DNA from: Schizochytrium sp. TIO01
Taxonomy: Eukaryota > Protista > Bigyra: Labyrinthulomycetes
Direction of reading: 5' to 3'
Length of the DNA stretch: 64,000 nucleotides
NCBI GenBank assembly: GCA_004764695.1
Contig: SMSO01000006.1
Location: 1,193,859-1,257,858, forward strand
Numbering within the stretch: position 1 is the stretch's first letter; the number at the start of each line of letters is the position of its first letter. Positions 22,189 to 32,900 of this stretch are shown one piece after another. Position numbers and translations under genes: made by a program. The notes under the pieces were generated by a model. It had not been told where the DNA came from. It was given only the letters and a program-made list of their open reading frames with translations, and ran no database searches.

Positions 22189-23523
22189 TTAGCTTTGTGC
22201 CGTGCATCTGCTAATTGCTCACGTGTGTCTTTAATAATTTGATCTTTTCGTTCGATTTCAAGTTTGGCTGTATCGTACAAACAGCACAGGTTTCGTTCAA
22301 GCGTGGAGCTTAACTCTTCAAGCTGCTGGGCCTATTTTGATATTTTGGTATTTGTTAATTTGATATCATCATTGAAAGAAGCCACTAGGGTTAGACGTAT
22401 TGTCGTAAACAAAAGATCATGAGAAGTAGAGAGCCCAACTTACCTTTGCTTGTGACTCAGCATATGCATCCTTTAATTGATCATATTCTTTCAAAAGAGC
22501 TTCATATTTGTCCTTGTACTGTATCACCAAAAAATCATTGAACTTCAAATGTTAAAATCTTCGATACTGCATTTCAACCTAGAGTAAACATGGTTACATC
22601 ATGGAGTCCAAAGTTTGAATGTATTTTGCGTACCTCAAGGTTTTCTACGTCAGCGTCTCCTGCGCCGAGGTCTCCATACAAGTCATCATGGTCAGTCATG
22701 TTCCAACCTAGAGTTTGTGTCTATAGTTTTTTATACACACAAAAAAGAGCCACTGAGGCGGGTGCTTACGGCACACGCCAGCTGCAGCTATAAGCTGTGC
22801 ACCGCGTATAGCAGCAGTTGGTTGGTACTGTCAAAAGAAAGCGTTATTCCTCCACAACTGCTCACAGCGCGAGAAAGGCTCTTGTTGATTAGTTCTGCTT
22901 ACTAGCTTTTAATCCAAGTCTGTTATTTTTCACCTACCCCCTCTAAAAATTTTAATAATTAATTTTTTGAATCGTAGCTAGGTAGCTAAAAAAGAGTTCT
23001 GAAGGCAACTTGAAGCATGAGCTTATTTTGAAAATCCAACGACGCTTGATCTATATAGAGGTATGGATATAGCATATAGACTTATTCAAAAAATTGCCTG
23101 ATATCCCTGACCTAGGCCCTGCATAAAGATATATACTTCTTCGCAGGTTATTGACTGTATGCACATAGTGTTTGTTTGTTTTTCTTCTAAAAGTAAGCTC
23201 CATCAAATTAACACGCGACCATTGACATGAACAATGTAATACTTTGCTTTGTGGGCCAGCAGAGAACTTCTCTCCTCTAGCAAATGAAGTTCTTTTTGTT
23301 AGGTTACCCAGGATCGCTGATGCCAGCCAGTGCTTGAGATAAAATACTTTCCCCAAAAAGATTTGAAGATGTAAGAAAAGAGAGCTTTAAGATTCTTTCT
23401 TCTTTGGCAGTTAAGATACATTCTTTCAATAAATTGCCAATGTGGTTCTAATTCTTTGCTTATTTCTTTATGAAAAAGAAAAGTCGCGGTCATAATATTA
23501 CACTAAAATTTCATCAAAATTGT

Positions 23524-25572
23524 TTAGGCTTGTGTGATCGCACCCATTTCTACAGAGGCGTTTTCTGTTTCGCCAATCGCAGTATATTGAACTTGGCCCC
23601 TTCTACATGGGCAACACGAGCGCAGAAAAATAACCAAGATCAGAACGGCGACGATACCGGTCGATGCAATACCTGTTCCCACTGGTAAGGCAACCAACTG
23701 AGGTACTTTGCGTTGCGTCTCCTCACGAAATTCTAAATTGCGAGATCGAAACTTCTCAGCGTCACAGCTACACTCCCGTGATGGTACATCTGAAGGCCTT
23801 GGCTCGGAGCAAACTCCAGAAGAGATTGCTTCACCCTGGACATGTGGATTTACTGAGGTCTCGGACATACCTACGTCTCGGATAATCTCTTTGCTTGGCA
23901 CACAAACAAATCCCCCAATAAAACGTTCATCATCAGTTAAGCCTTGATCACTTCGGGTTCCCCCACATGCAAAGTCAAGGGTGCACTTTTCTGTAGGCTC
24001 AACTGGTCGCCATACAGCATCGAATGCGAGCACATCATAAGTATAAGGCAAAGTGGGTTTCTCGGAAAGGCTGAGGTTAGAGTGTGTTGGAACTTGTAGA
24101 TTCAAAATGTCAAGATGAGTAAGACATGTCTCTTGGCTATGCAAAGCATTCAAAGGGGTTTTTCCTTCACCAGAAGCAAGCAATTCGTCTATACCAATGT
24201 CAGAAGCAGAGAAACAAAACTCCTCAGAAATATCATCATCCAGCGCCAAGCCTGGACACTGGCCTATTGGAGGGAAGCCAGCGTATAGGTCCGTACCAGG
24301 ATGAGACGTAACCCATTGCAAATGCATGAGGTCTGTGAACGCATGCGTGCTATAGAAGAAATTTTCATTCAACGAGAAAGCCCCATCCCAGTAATCAGCT
24401 CCTTTGAAGCCACATGTGTAATGTCCCGTGGTACATTCACAAGTAAAGTCATCTGAATTGTTCTCTGTACAAAGTCCAGAGGAAGGGCAAGTCAGGTTGC
24501 CATTTCGCCATTCTACACCACGAAAATCAATACTGCGACGCTTGTATGTCTCATACAACCAACGAACATGTAAAGAGGCGCCACTAATGCCAATAATAGC
24601 AGCATGCATTGCCGGCGCAACCAAACAGCCAATGATAGCTAAACTGGTAAGAATCGTAAGGAGCCAAACCAACTTGCCAGGACTTGTACATTCCTCCCCT
24701 TTGACTTCAGCTCGGAATTTACTCATGCATGCTGTAAACATACAGTTACTTGACAAGATTCCGAGAGAAAGGATCGTCAGCATTACAATAAACACATCAG
24801 CGCCAACTTGACCATCATCGAACGTGCCCATGCTCACATGGGGAGCATTGTGTGGACCGATGTCCGGACCAAACCTCGTAAATCCCCGACCTTGCATACA
24901 GATCATAAAGGCAGTATAGTTTCCCGTAGCCTGGCAACTACGGAAGTGTTCACCAAGATCAGTCGGAGCCCCCAAAACCCACCCTGGATTTCTTGTCAGC
25001 CCTGGGCATTGGGCCTGGTTCCAAGGACTGCGCCAGAACCCATATCCATTACCCATTACAAAGTTGTTATCCTCGTAGATTTCAGAAATGAGCTTTTGCA
25101 ACTCAGGCACTCGGCCACGCTCGACCTTAGTCTCAAAAACCGGGTCATGGATGCAAAATTCATTATCAGGATCTCCGAATGGAGATCCCCAATATTTCCA
25201 CAACGATCCAGACCACCAATCACCCGTTTGCGCAATATCGGTTGCAAAATCCCAGTAAGGCAACGCGTCCAGACCAGCTTCGGGTGCATCTCGATCCGTG
25301 ATGGCCAGAATCGAGGCCTCTGCCTCAAGAAGAAGAGCCCGATGGAATGTCATTTGGTTCTCTACTTCATGACCTTGATCCACGCACGGATGCAAAGCAG
25401 ACGTCGCGTGCTTGAGGAGGAGATACGCATGCGAGCGGTAGGCCTTGCCAAAGCGAGTTTGGCCATCTTCCAGAGATGTGCTGCGCATGGTTCGCAGCGC
25501 AGCGAAGTATGCTTGTCGCTGAGCTTCCGACAATGTGCGAATTTCGCGCCGTATACGCCTTGAACCCGTCAT
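23524..25572 (-). CDS. Tyrosinase-like type-3 copper protein, membrane anchored (N-terminus uncertain)
   Basis: RIRREIRTLS start. CuA histidines in KHATS, DQGHE and TFHRALL; ALPYWDF; CuB histidines in PHNAPH and FYSTHAFTD. C-terminal TM GIASTGIVAVLILVIFL. First in-frame ATG is at 25572, but the frame is open to about 25683. Confidence 0.85.
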   Translation of the reverse strand: MTGSRRIRREIRTLSEAQRQAYFAALRTMRSTSLEDGQTRFGKAYRSHAYLLLKHATSALHPCVDQGHEVENQMTFHRALLLEAEASILAITDRDAPEAGLDALPYWDFATDIAQTGDWWSGSLWKYWGSPFGDPDNEFCIHDPVFETKVERGRVPELQKLISEIYEDNNFVMGNGYGFWRSPWNQAQCPGLTRNPGWVLGAPTDLGEHFRSCQATGNYTAFMICMQGRGFTRFGPDIGPHNAPHVSMGTFDDGQVGADVFIVMLTILSLGILSSNCMFTACMSKFRAEVKGEECTSPGKLVWLLTILTSLAIIGCLVAPAMHAAIIGISGASLHVRWLYETYKRRSIDFRGVEWRNGNLTCPSSGLCTENNSDDFTCECTTGHYTCGFKGADYWDGAFSLNENFFYSTHAFTDLMHLQWVTSHPGTDLYAGFPPIGQCPGLALDDDISEEFCFSASDIGIDELLASGEGKTPLNALHSQETCLTHLDILNLQVPTHSNLSLSEKPTLPYTYDVLAFDAVWRPVEPTEKCTLDFACGGTRSDQGLTDDERFIGGFVCVPSKEIIRDVGMSETSVNPHVQGEAISSGVCSEPRPSDVPSRECSCDAEKFRSRNLEFREETQRKVPQLVALPVGTGIASTGIVAVLILVIFLRSCCPCRRGQVQYTAIGETENASVEMGAITQA

Positions 25573-26111
25573 AGTGGCAAAGTCGAATCGGAGTTGGCTC
25601 GAACCCAATGTTATAGTTCGAGGTTTGCCCCATTTGAAGATGTAAAAGGGACGTACTACTCCTACGCAAACGCCTATTCCCGGTTATTAAGATCTTGGAA
25701 AGGTCGGAGAAGAGAACCAACATAGCTACGAAAGATTTTAGAGAGTAGAATAAAGTGTATGTGCAATTCTTGGGAACTTTACCTGGACAGCGCAGAAGGA
25801 CGACAGACTTATTTACTTTCTTATTCTACAAAATGTTGTAGGGTACAGAAGATGTGATGCGAAACTGGTGACCTGGGAGATAACTTTCCAAAATAGTTGG
25901 TAGTAATATGCAAATGATGTCTGTAAATGTCTACCTCAAGTAGAGGATTGGGCTGGTGTGATTTTAACGATCAAGGAGACAAATTATCTAAGTTTTAATG
26001 AGCTACGATAACTATCCTACACTACCAGGACAAAAATAATAGAACTATCGATACACTATTTTTATATTGCTAATTAACTTCTTATAGCACTTGAAGTTTG
26101 CATTCTTGATA

Positions 26112-29100
26112 TCACCCAAGCATTGCTTTGCGCGCTATGTTTAGATCTGTGTGACATTCATGCTCAAGCTCAGTAATGGACTGCTGGCATCTAGCAAGAC
26201 GCAGACGAAGGTCCCAGAGCTCTTTTCCCTTAGAACCAAGCTGGCTAATTCTTTGATCTTGAACATGATGACTCAAATTCGCGACTGTCCCGCGAGAACG
26301 TGCTGATGCAAATGAAGCAAAGCTTGATACAGAGCTATTGTCTGATTTCGTTTCTTCTAACTCAAGAGAAGGTGCACGAGATTTATTCGTCATTGGTGAT
26401 CCTAGATAAAGCACCATCTGTCTCCACCTTGCAAGAGCAACACGAAGGACATCATGCTCACTATGTTGTCGGAAGAAATCAACAATTCGATCGATTGCCC
26501 ATGTATATTCAATTGTACGCAACATATCATAACGTTTCCAGGCTTCGAAGGCGTGTCTTATAGTAATACGGGTCACTACATCACCTAAATACTGACCTTG
26601 CATCTGATTTTTCCATGCATCGAAGGCTTGACTCAGTGCATATGTTTTGGTACGCTTCAAGTGTGCGGTAAAGGCTTCTGTAATAAGAACAAGAGCATAA
26701 GAGCATTCAACATTACGAGTGACAACGAATCGTTTCCAGCCTTCAATACCACGCCTCATTTGGTGGTGAGAGAGGGTATTTCCAATAGCCGACTGCAGTG
26801 CTGTAAGGCCAGCCCAGCGTCTCCACAAAGTAAAAGCTTTATTAAGCTTTGTATGTAGAGTGTCATGCTCGTAGTGTACGAAAATATCTGTAATTGTGCT
26901 GATGGCATAGCTCACCTCCATGTTCCGTATCATAATAAACTTTTTCCAGCGGCTTAAAGAAGACTGTAGTCGGTTTCGCGTGATAACCTGATGCACCAAC
27001 CGCATGAAAATTGCAGCATTACTTGCAGCATAGGCTTCTTTGAAACGATCCCAAGCTTTTCTTAGAGAATATTGTGAGACAAATTGTTCTAAGGCCACGA
27101 GAGCAGAACTTTGTTCGAGCATAAGAACCATAATAAACTGCTTCCATCGATCAAACCCCCGTTGTAAGCTTATCCGGCTCCAAACACGAGAAACCACATC
27201 TTGCAATGTGTGGGAGGCTGTATTGATTTTAGCATGTTTGTACCATATATCGAAAGAGTCGCGTAGACAATATCTGTTTCGACCTTGGCTAAGACGACGC
27301 AGTTGTTTTCGAACTCGAACATTCAATGTCCAGCAGTCCCAAGCTACTGCAATTGACCGCCAGCGATATCTTCGAAACCACATATAGACTTTCCAGCTGC
27401 TCCAAGCACCTAGGAGTCGTGAGCGTCTTAGAATAGGGTCCATAGCAAGTTCTGAAGCAACGAACGCAAGCCATAATCCCCATGCTCGGCGGATGAAACG
27501 AAACTGAATTGCTTGAACAACTACATAAACCCTAGTAATAGCTTTAGAGCGCAAGAGATGTTTCTGAAGAGAAGCTCCGGATTCTTCTTGCTTGATTTCT
27601 GTTTGAAATCTCTCTCTCCACCTGCAGAAATAAAAATTCAAGACTTTGAATCTCTTGCTGCGTAGAAACATACGAATCAAAGCAGTGCGAGCCTTAGCAA
27701 GCATATCTAGATTCCCAGCGCTACGTCTAGACTCGTGCCTATGACTCGGGCTGACACAATCTTCTGAAGTTTCACTAAACAATCTTGTTTGCGTACCCAT
27801 GCCGGAATTATGATAACACCCCCCTGCTTCTCGATGGTGAAAGGAACATGAATCGTGCTGAGGAATGCATGGTTGGGTTTTCCTTTTGCAGTAGCTTGTA
27901 TTCGGTGTGTTAAAATGACAACCATCACCACTGGAGGGAAATTGAGTAGTATGATGAAAGCCACACGAACAACACATCGTGTTAAGCTGAGATCTAGGAC
28001 AACTGCAAGATTGCTTATATGCACAGCCCTCGTACGCTCTGCTGGATTCCTTACTCTGGGCCATTAAAGGGTCATGAGTTATCGACGTGTAAGAAGGTTC
28101 GTCAACTGTTGGCGAAGATGCACATACACGGATATCTGCACGACAAGTTGTTGATATAGGCGCACCATGTAACTCGTTGAATATAATACGTAAACCATTT
28201 GGAGAGGAGGCACTTGCTTGAACGGCAGTGATGTAAAGACTCAAAAGGGTCACAGCGGCTTCAGCGCCTCGATTTAGAATTCCAGACAAATGAAGCATTC
28301 GTTCCTCGGATAAAGCAAATGCGAGTACTCCTCCATCTGCAGAGCTTGTCCAGGATTCAATCTCAGAAAGTTTGATGTTTATAACTTCACGGCTGACTGT
28401 ACAAATATGAATGCCTCCTAAGTTAATTGCAAACCATAACACGGAGGTAGGCGAAGCAATATCATCAGATGCAGGGTATCCGTAGACAAAATTGCTTGTC
28501 AGTTCAATATTTCCCATTCGTCTATTATCACTGTGGAAAGGAGCTGCTGAGTTCTTTGACGACTTTTCATCTCTTTCTTTCTGTGAAATTGATGTTCCTT
28601 GAGTCAAAGGCCAACTTGCGTGCACACGATCCGCATAAAAGAAGTCAGCAGCCCAGAGGGAGTCAAATAATCGTTGAGATGTCTGAACAAATAGATTCCT
28701 TCGACCTTGATAATCTGAGCACAACCGTGGATAAAGTTCACCATATGAGCCAAGAGCTTGAGATAGTACTGCAGGGAGGCCAGCACGTCCACAAAGTGCT
28801 TCCGGATCAAATTCTGACGAAAAAGAATACAAAACTCCAGCTGCATATTGGGGTAAGACCAATTCAACATCACTCGTCGCACCCAGATAGGCAAGCGCCA
28901 ATAGCTCACCGGCATGTATAACCTGTGAAGCTCTAAAGTGCCCGTGTTGCAGACGGAAGAGAGCCTCTCGAAACATAAGCTCGGTATGTACCTTCGCTGA
29001 TGTCGGTCTCATGTAAGCTGCAACTCTCTTAGCAAATCCATGCTCCCTCAACACCAGGCGTGTTCCAATAGGAAAAGTAGCTAAGTCTGTCAGCAAAGCA

Positions 29101-29426
29101 TCAAGTGGAAGCAATGCCAAGACTCCATCTCGTTCTCTGTAGAGACCAAATCTTACAAGACTCTCACTGTCATATTCCACACCCAGGATGAAACTGCAAA
29201 TACCTTCAAGCAAATCCTGGATGTAGTAGTAGCATTCGGCACCCTCGCCATCTATGCAAACCTCTACATCCACAGACTCTGCCCAGTGTGAATTGGAGGT
29301 TGCCTTAGCAACCCCCAGTACTGTCCTTGTTGGTGCTAATCGCCACCCTCGAGGCCCAAGAAATACCTGTACACGCTGCATTTCTGATTGCAACTCCCCA
29401 CCGCCGGCCGCAGGATAATCGTTCAT
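26112..29426 (-). CDS. FERM-like domain protein with about 13 Sfi1-like (centrin-binding type) repeats and a C-terminal coiled coil
   Basis: N-terminal half has FERM-like blocks (FGLY; ELMFREALFRLQHGHF...AGELLALAY; LWFAINLGGIHI...IKLSEIESW). C-terminal half has recurring L..(A/G/S)(F/W)..W(K/R) units such as LQRGFDRWKQF, LNKAFTLWRRW, LSQAFDAWKNQ and IRHAFEAWKRY. First ATG is at 29426. Confidence 0.65.
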   Translation of the reverse strand: MNDYPAAGGGELQSEMQRVQVFLGPRGWRLAPTRTVLGVAKATSNSHWAESVDVEVCIDGEGAECYYYIQDLLEGICSFILGVEYDSESLVRFGLYRERDGVLALLPLDALLTDLATFPIGTRLVLREHGFAKRVAAYMRPTSAKVHTELMFREALFRLQHGHFRASQVIHAGELLALAYLGATSDVELVLPQYAAGVLYSFSSEFDPEALCGRAGLPAVLSQALGSYGELYPRLCSDYQGRRNLFVQTSQRLFDSLWAADFFYADRVHASWPLTQGTSISQKERDEKSSKNSAAPFHSDNRRMGNIELTSNFVYGYPASDDIASPTSVLWFAINLGGIHICTVSREVINIKLSEIESWTSSADGGVLAFALSEERMLHLSGILNRGAEAAVTLLSLYITAVQASASSPNGLRIIFNELHGAPISTTCRADIRVCASSPTVDEPSYTSITHDPLMAQSKESSRAYEGCAYKQSCSCPRSQLNTMCCSCGFHHTTQFPSSGDGCHFNTPNTSYCKRKTQPCIPQHDSCSFHHREAGGCYHNSGMGTQTRLFSETSEDCVSPSHRHESRRSAGNLDMLAKARTALIRMFLRSKRFKVLNFYFCRWRERFQTEIKQEESGASLQKHLLRSKAITRVYVVVQAIQFRFIRRAWGLWLAFVASELAMDPILRRSRLLGAWSSWKVYMWFRRYRWRSIAVAWDCWTLNVRVRKQLRRLSQGRNRYCLRDSFDIWYKHAKINTASHTLQDVVSRVWSRISLQRGFDRWKQFIMVLMLEQSSALVALEQFVSQYSLRKAWDRFKEAYAASNAAIFMRLVHQVITRNRLQSSLSRWKKFIMIRNMEVSYAISTITDIFVHYEHDTLHTKLNKAFTLWRRWAGLTALQSAIGNTLSHHQMRRGIEGWKRFVVTRNVECSYALVLITEAFTAHLKRTKTYALSQAFDAWKNQMQGQYLGDVVTRITIRHAFEAWKRYDMLRTIEYTWAIDRIVDFFRQHSEHDVLRVALARWRQMVLYLGSPMTNKSRAPSLELEETKSDNSSVSSFASFASARSRGTVANLSHHVQDQRISQLGSKGKELWDLRLRLARCQQSITELEHECHTDLNIARKAMLG

Positions 29427-29942
29427 TTCGGCCCTTGCAACAGCACATCCGCTGCAGCAAAGTCCTACTCGTCCAAAGGACTTTTGAAGTGTCTTTCGCA
29501 GTAAAGTATGATTTGCACAAACAAGAAAAACAGCCTCGAGCAAATGCTGGCCTCTGAATGATTACTTATTCGCGTGTGTAGATTGAAGCCCGAAGAAAAT
29601 GAAGCTGAAGAACTACTCAAGCTATGCCCTGACCTTCGTGGGGGCGTAAGCAATCGGGTCTTTCATCCATTCACTAATGCATGCTCTTGTAGATTATTAT
29701 TTCTTTTTTTAATTTAATAACATATGCATACCCAATTATTTACTACGACTATGTCAATCGAATAAATGTAAAAATGAGTCCCAATTCAACGGTCGAATCG
29801 TCCTTAGAGAGAAACCTAGGAGTCTGCCTAGGGATCGTAGGTGCCATGAGCGAATGTACAGCCAAAACAATTGCAATTGCTCGCCCGCAGCGTCTTCGGG
29901 CACGAAAGAGCTCGAAGTAGGCGCTGCAGAGGCCCAGTGCGA

Positions 29943-32900
29943 ATGTCGTGGCTGCTGACATACTTGCTGGCGCTGGTGCTGGTGCTGGTACTGCTGGCAA
30001 CGCCAGCTTGGGCGGCATCCATTACCGCAGTTCATGTGACCACTGTGAGCCTGACCAGGGAAAAGGTCTTTCAGCACGAGGCGGTCGGATGGGTTGTAGA
30101 TGTCAACATTGAGGACAATGAGGATACAAGTACCTTGAATGTAAGCAATGAAGCATCAGAACTTTGGGTTTCTGTTGAGAGCGACGGCGAGGTCCTAGCG
30201 AAGGCTGCACTAGGGCTCGTGCAAACTCATGAAGCAAACTTGACGACCACATTGACGTACACATTTGATATAGCAGGAGCGTATCCAATAAATGCAAAGC
30301 TTTGGAGGTACTGGGAAGCACCTGAGCTAGAGGATACGATGGAAACTGTTCTGTTGGTAGAGCAGGCTCCAGTTGGTTGTATTGAATTTTATGTGACTGA
30401 TGGCGATGTAATGGCGCCAGGAAGTACAAGCACACTACAATTTGCAGCAAGATTTCTACGATCAAGCGGTGAAACAGCTATGACAGGCATATCGGACGAA
30501 AGCCTCACAACCGAGCTGATTGCTATGGGGGAAAGGCCGCATGTTTTCGTAAACGGAGAAGACGATCTCTCGGTGGCGAGACCCGCCACAGATGTGAACG
30601 ACGCTTGCGAGGAGCAATTCAACCAAACTCTAGACTCAGGAGAAAGCGGCGAAAATCACAGATGTGTTCGTGCAAAGTCAACCAATAATGGTTGGAGTAT
30701 AGTCATAGAGTCGCAAGACTGGACAGGGTTTAGTAGCATCAGAGTTGAAACGCAGACCAGTTCATCTATGAACGGCAACTGCGGACTTTCCTCAACAGAT
30801 GTCTTCATATCTGTTGTGAATTCATCAGATACCTTCACCCAAACTAACAGAACAAAGTCAGTACTTCCAGCAGGCCTATCCCTTCAGAATTTAGAAAGGC
30901 GTGTAACATCTCTCGCAACTCATACGTGCATTCCATCTTTAGCAGCAGCAATCGTTGCTCAAGCAAGTACGAAGATCGCCGAGTCATTGCTGCTAAGCCA
31001 CGATGCCTTTCACAGCTTCAGCCGCTTTGATTTTGAATCCGAGAATGTCCTGTTGGACAACGAGCTCTTTTGTACCTCTGTTAATTGTTCTAGCTTGGAA
31101 ATTGTTGAACTTGCATTTTTGGATACGGAAGCAATTATTTTAACAAGTAGTGAAGGCACCTTCGTTGCAAACTTTGCAAATGCCACTGTATATTTTACTA
31201 AACTACAAGATGCCGGCTGGGGGATAGATGGACTTGAGAATTGTCGTGGAGAGTCGTCCTCAGAAGCCATTAGTCTTGAACATGATATGCTTGCTCTTCG
31301 AGCCTTTCTTAAGCGAGACAACACCATAATGGAAGTAATGGTGAAAACCACAGACAGTAGTGTGAAAGCGTATTCTGTTGTTAGCTTTGAAGATATCGTC
31401 GATATCTTCCGCACGAGCTACGAACACGAGCTATTAAGTATTGTATCATCATCATTAGCGCCAGATTTTACCCTTATGCTTTTCAAGTCGCAGCTAGCTC
31501 CTTATAATATCTTCGTCGGTAAAGTTTGTGACACACAATCTCAGGTCGTAGACACAATCAGTTGCACTCAAATTATCAATCAAACTTCGTCTTCTGGATA
31601 CGTTCCAGTCCTCGGCTATGTATTTCCAGACGATACTGAGCTACAGGGTATGTGCATTCATACCTCTGGTCTTGCTTACTTTGCGTACGGTGACTCGCTC
31701 TGGGCGTCGTTCGACATGGCTTCTAACTTCGAAAACATATTGACTTTACAGCCTGGAGAAATCATTGACCAGTGTCCGATTTCCTCAGCTACGCGTAGTG
31801 TTTTCATTGTGAAAACCTCCTTTGGACGAATATTTATGGGCAAACTTCATGTCAAAGGTATGATCGAGATTTATAATCACTTAGGTTCTGACAAATTGGT
31901 TGCCCTTGGAGGCAGTAATAAAGCTTATTGGCTGCGATGGTCCTTAAATGAAGAGCTAGAACGTTTTCATATTCCTCTACAAGCTCCGTTCTCTACACAT
32001 GTCGAAACTTCAACGAATATTCTGGATAATGTAGCTTGGGCCATCACAGGTACGCAAGGTTCACGGATTGCACTTGCTTGTGTAGACATGAATAGTGGAC
32101 AACCGATGAAAGCATGTCTTGGGCCACAGCATGAAGGGATGGTGATTCAACCTTTAAAAGCACAGATTTACGATGTAGACCTGAGTACAGGAATTGCCTA
32201 TGCCTCAACATTGTCTCAAACGGAAATGAATAATGCCGATATCAAAAGTGTGCTTCCATGCGGGTTATTACTTACCACATTAAGTAGTTTTGCAACGGCT
32301 TGTGAAGGTGTCCGCACTGCGATTAATATTTCAGTAGTTCCTTCAACAGATATGGAAGAAGATGCTAATGAATGCATAGAAAATCTCAGCGTGGGCTCTA
32401 CAGTGACTCTTTCTGCTAGATATGGGTCTATAGTCCTTTTCCTCACATCGTCAGTTCAGAGTGGGAATGCAGGTTCCGCATATTGTATCTTCGGTGATCC
32501 GACCAATCTGGTGCAGGGTACTGCAACATCCTTTGCTTTACACCAGAATCATTGGTCTTTACTTCACACTGACCAACTTTGGCTTGACTTTCCCTCTTGT
32601 CCTTTAGAAAATGTTCAAATTACCCCCGCAGTTTTAAGCCCGGCAATTCGCTTGCTCGATAAGTATGACATGTTTTCCATGAGAACGAGTCTTTCTATAC
32701 AAAAGATGGATTCCAATCGTGCTGTGGAAATGGTATATAATGATACCATTTTGTGGAAAGCTTGGCCCACTGAGAATAAGCTTCGTATTCTCCAGAACCA
32801 AGGAAACCTAGTTGATATACAGATTCATTATCAAACCAACGCAAGCGATGATGCTACTTCTTGGTCTTCAAAAGTTGCAACAAGCACTTACGAAACGTAT

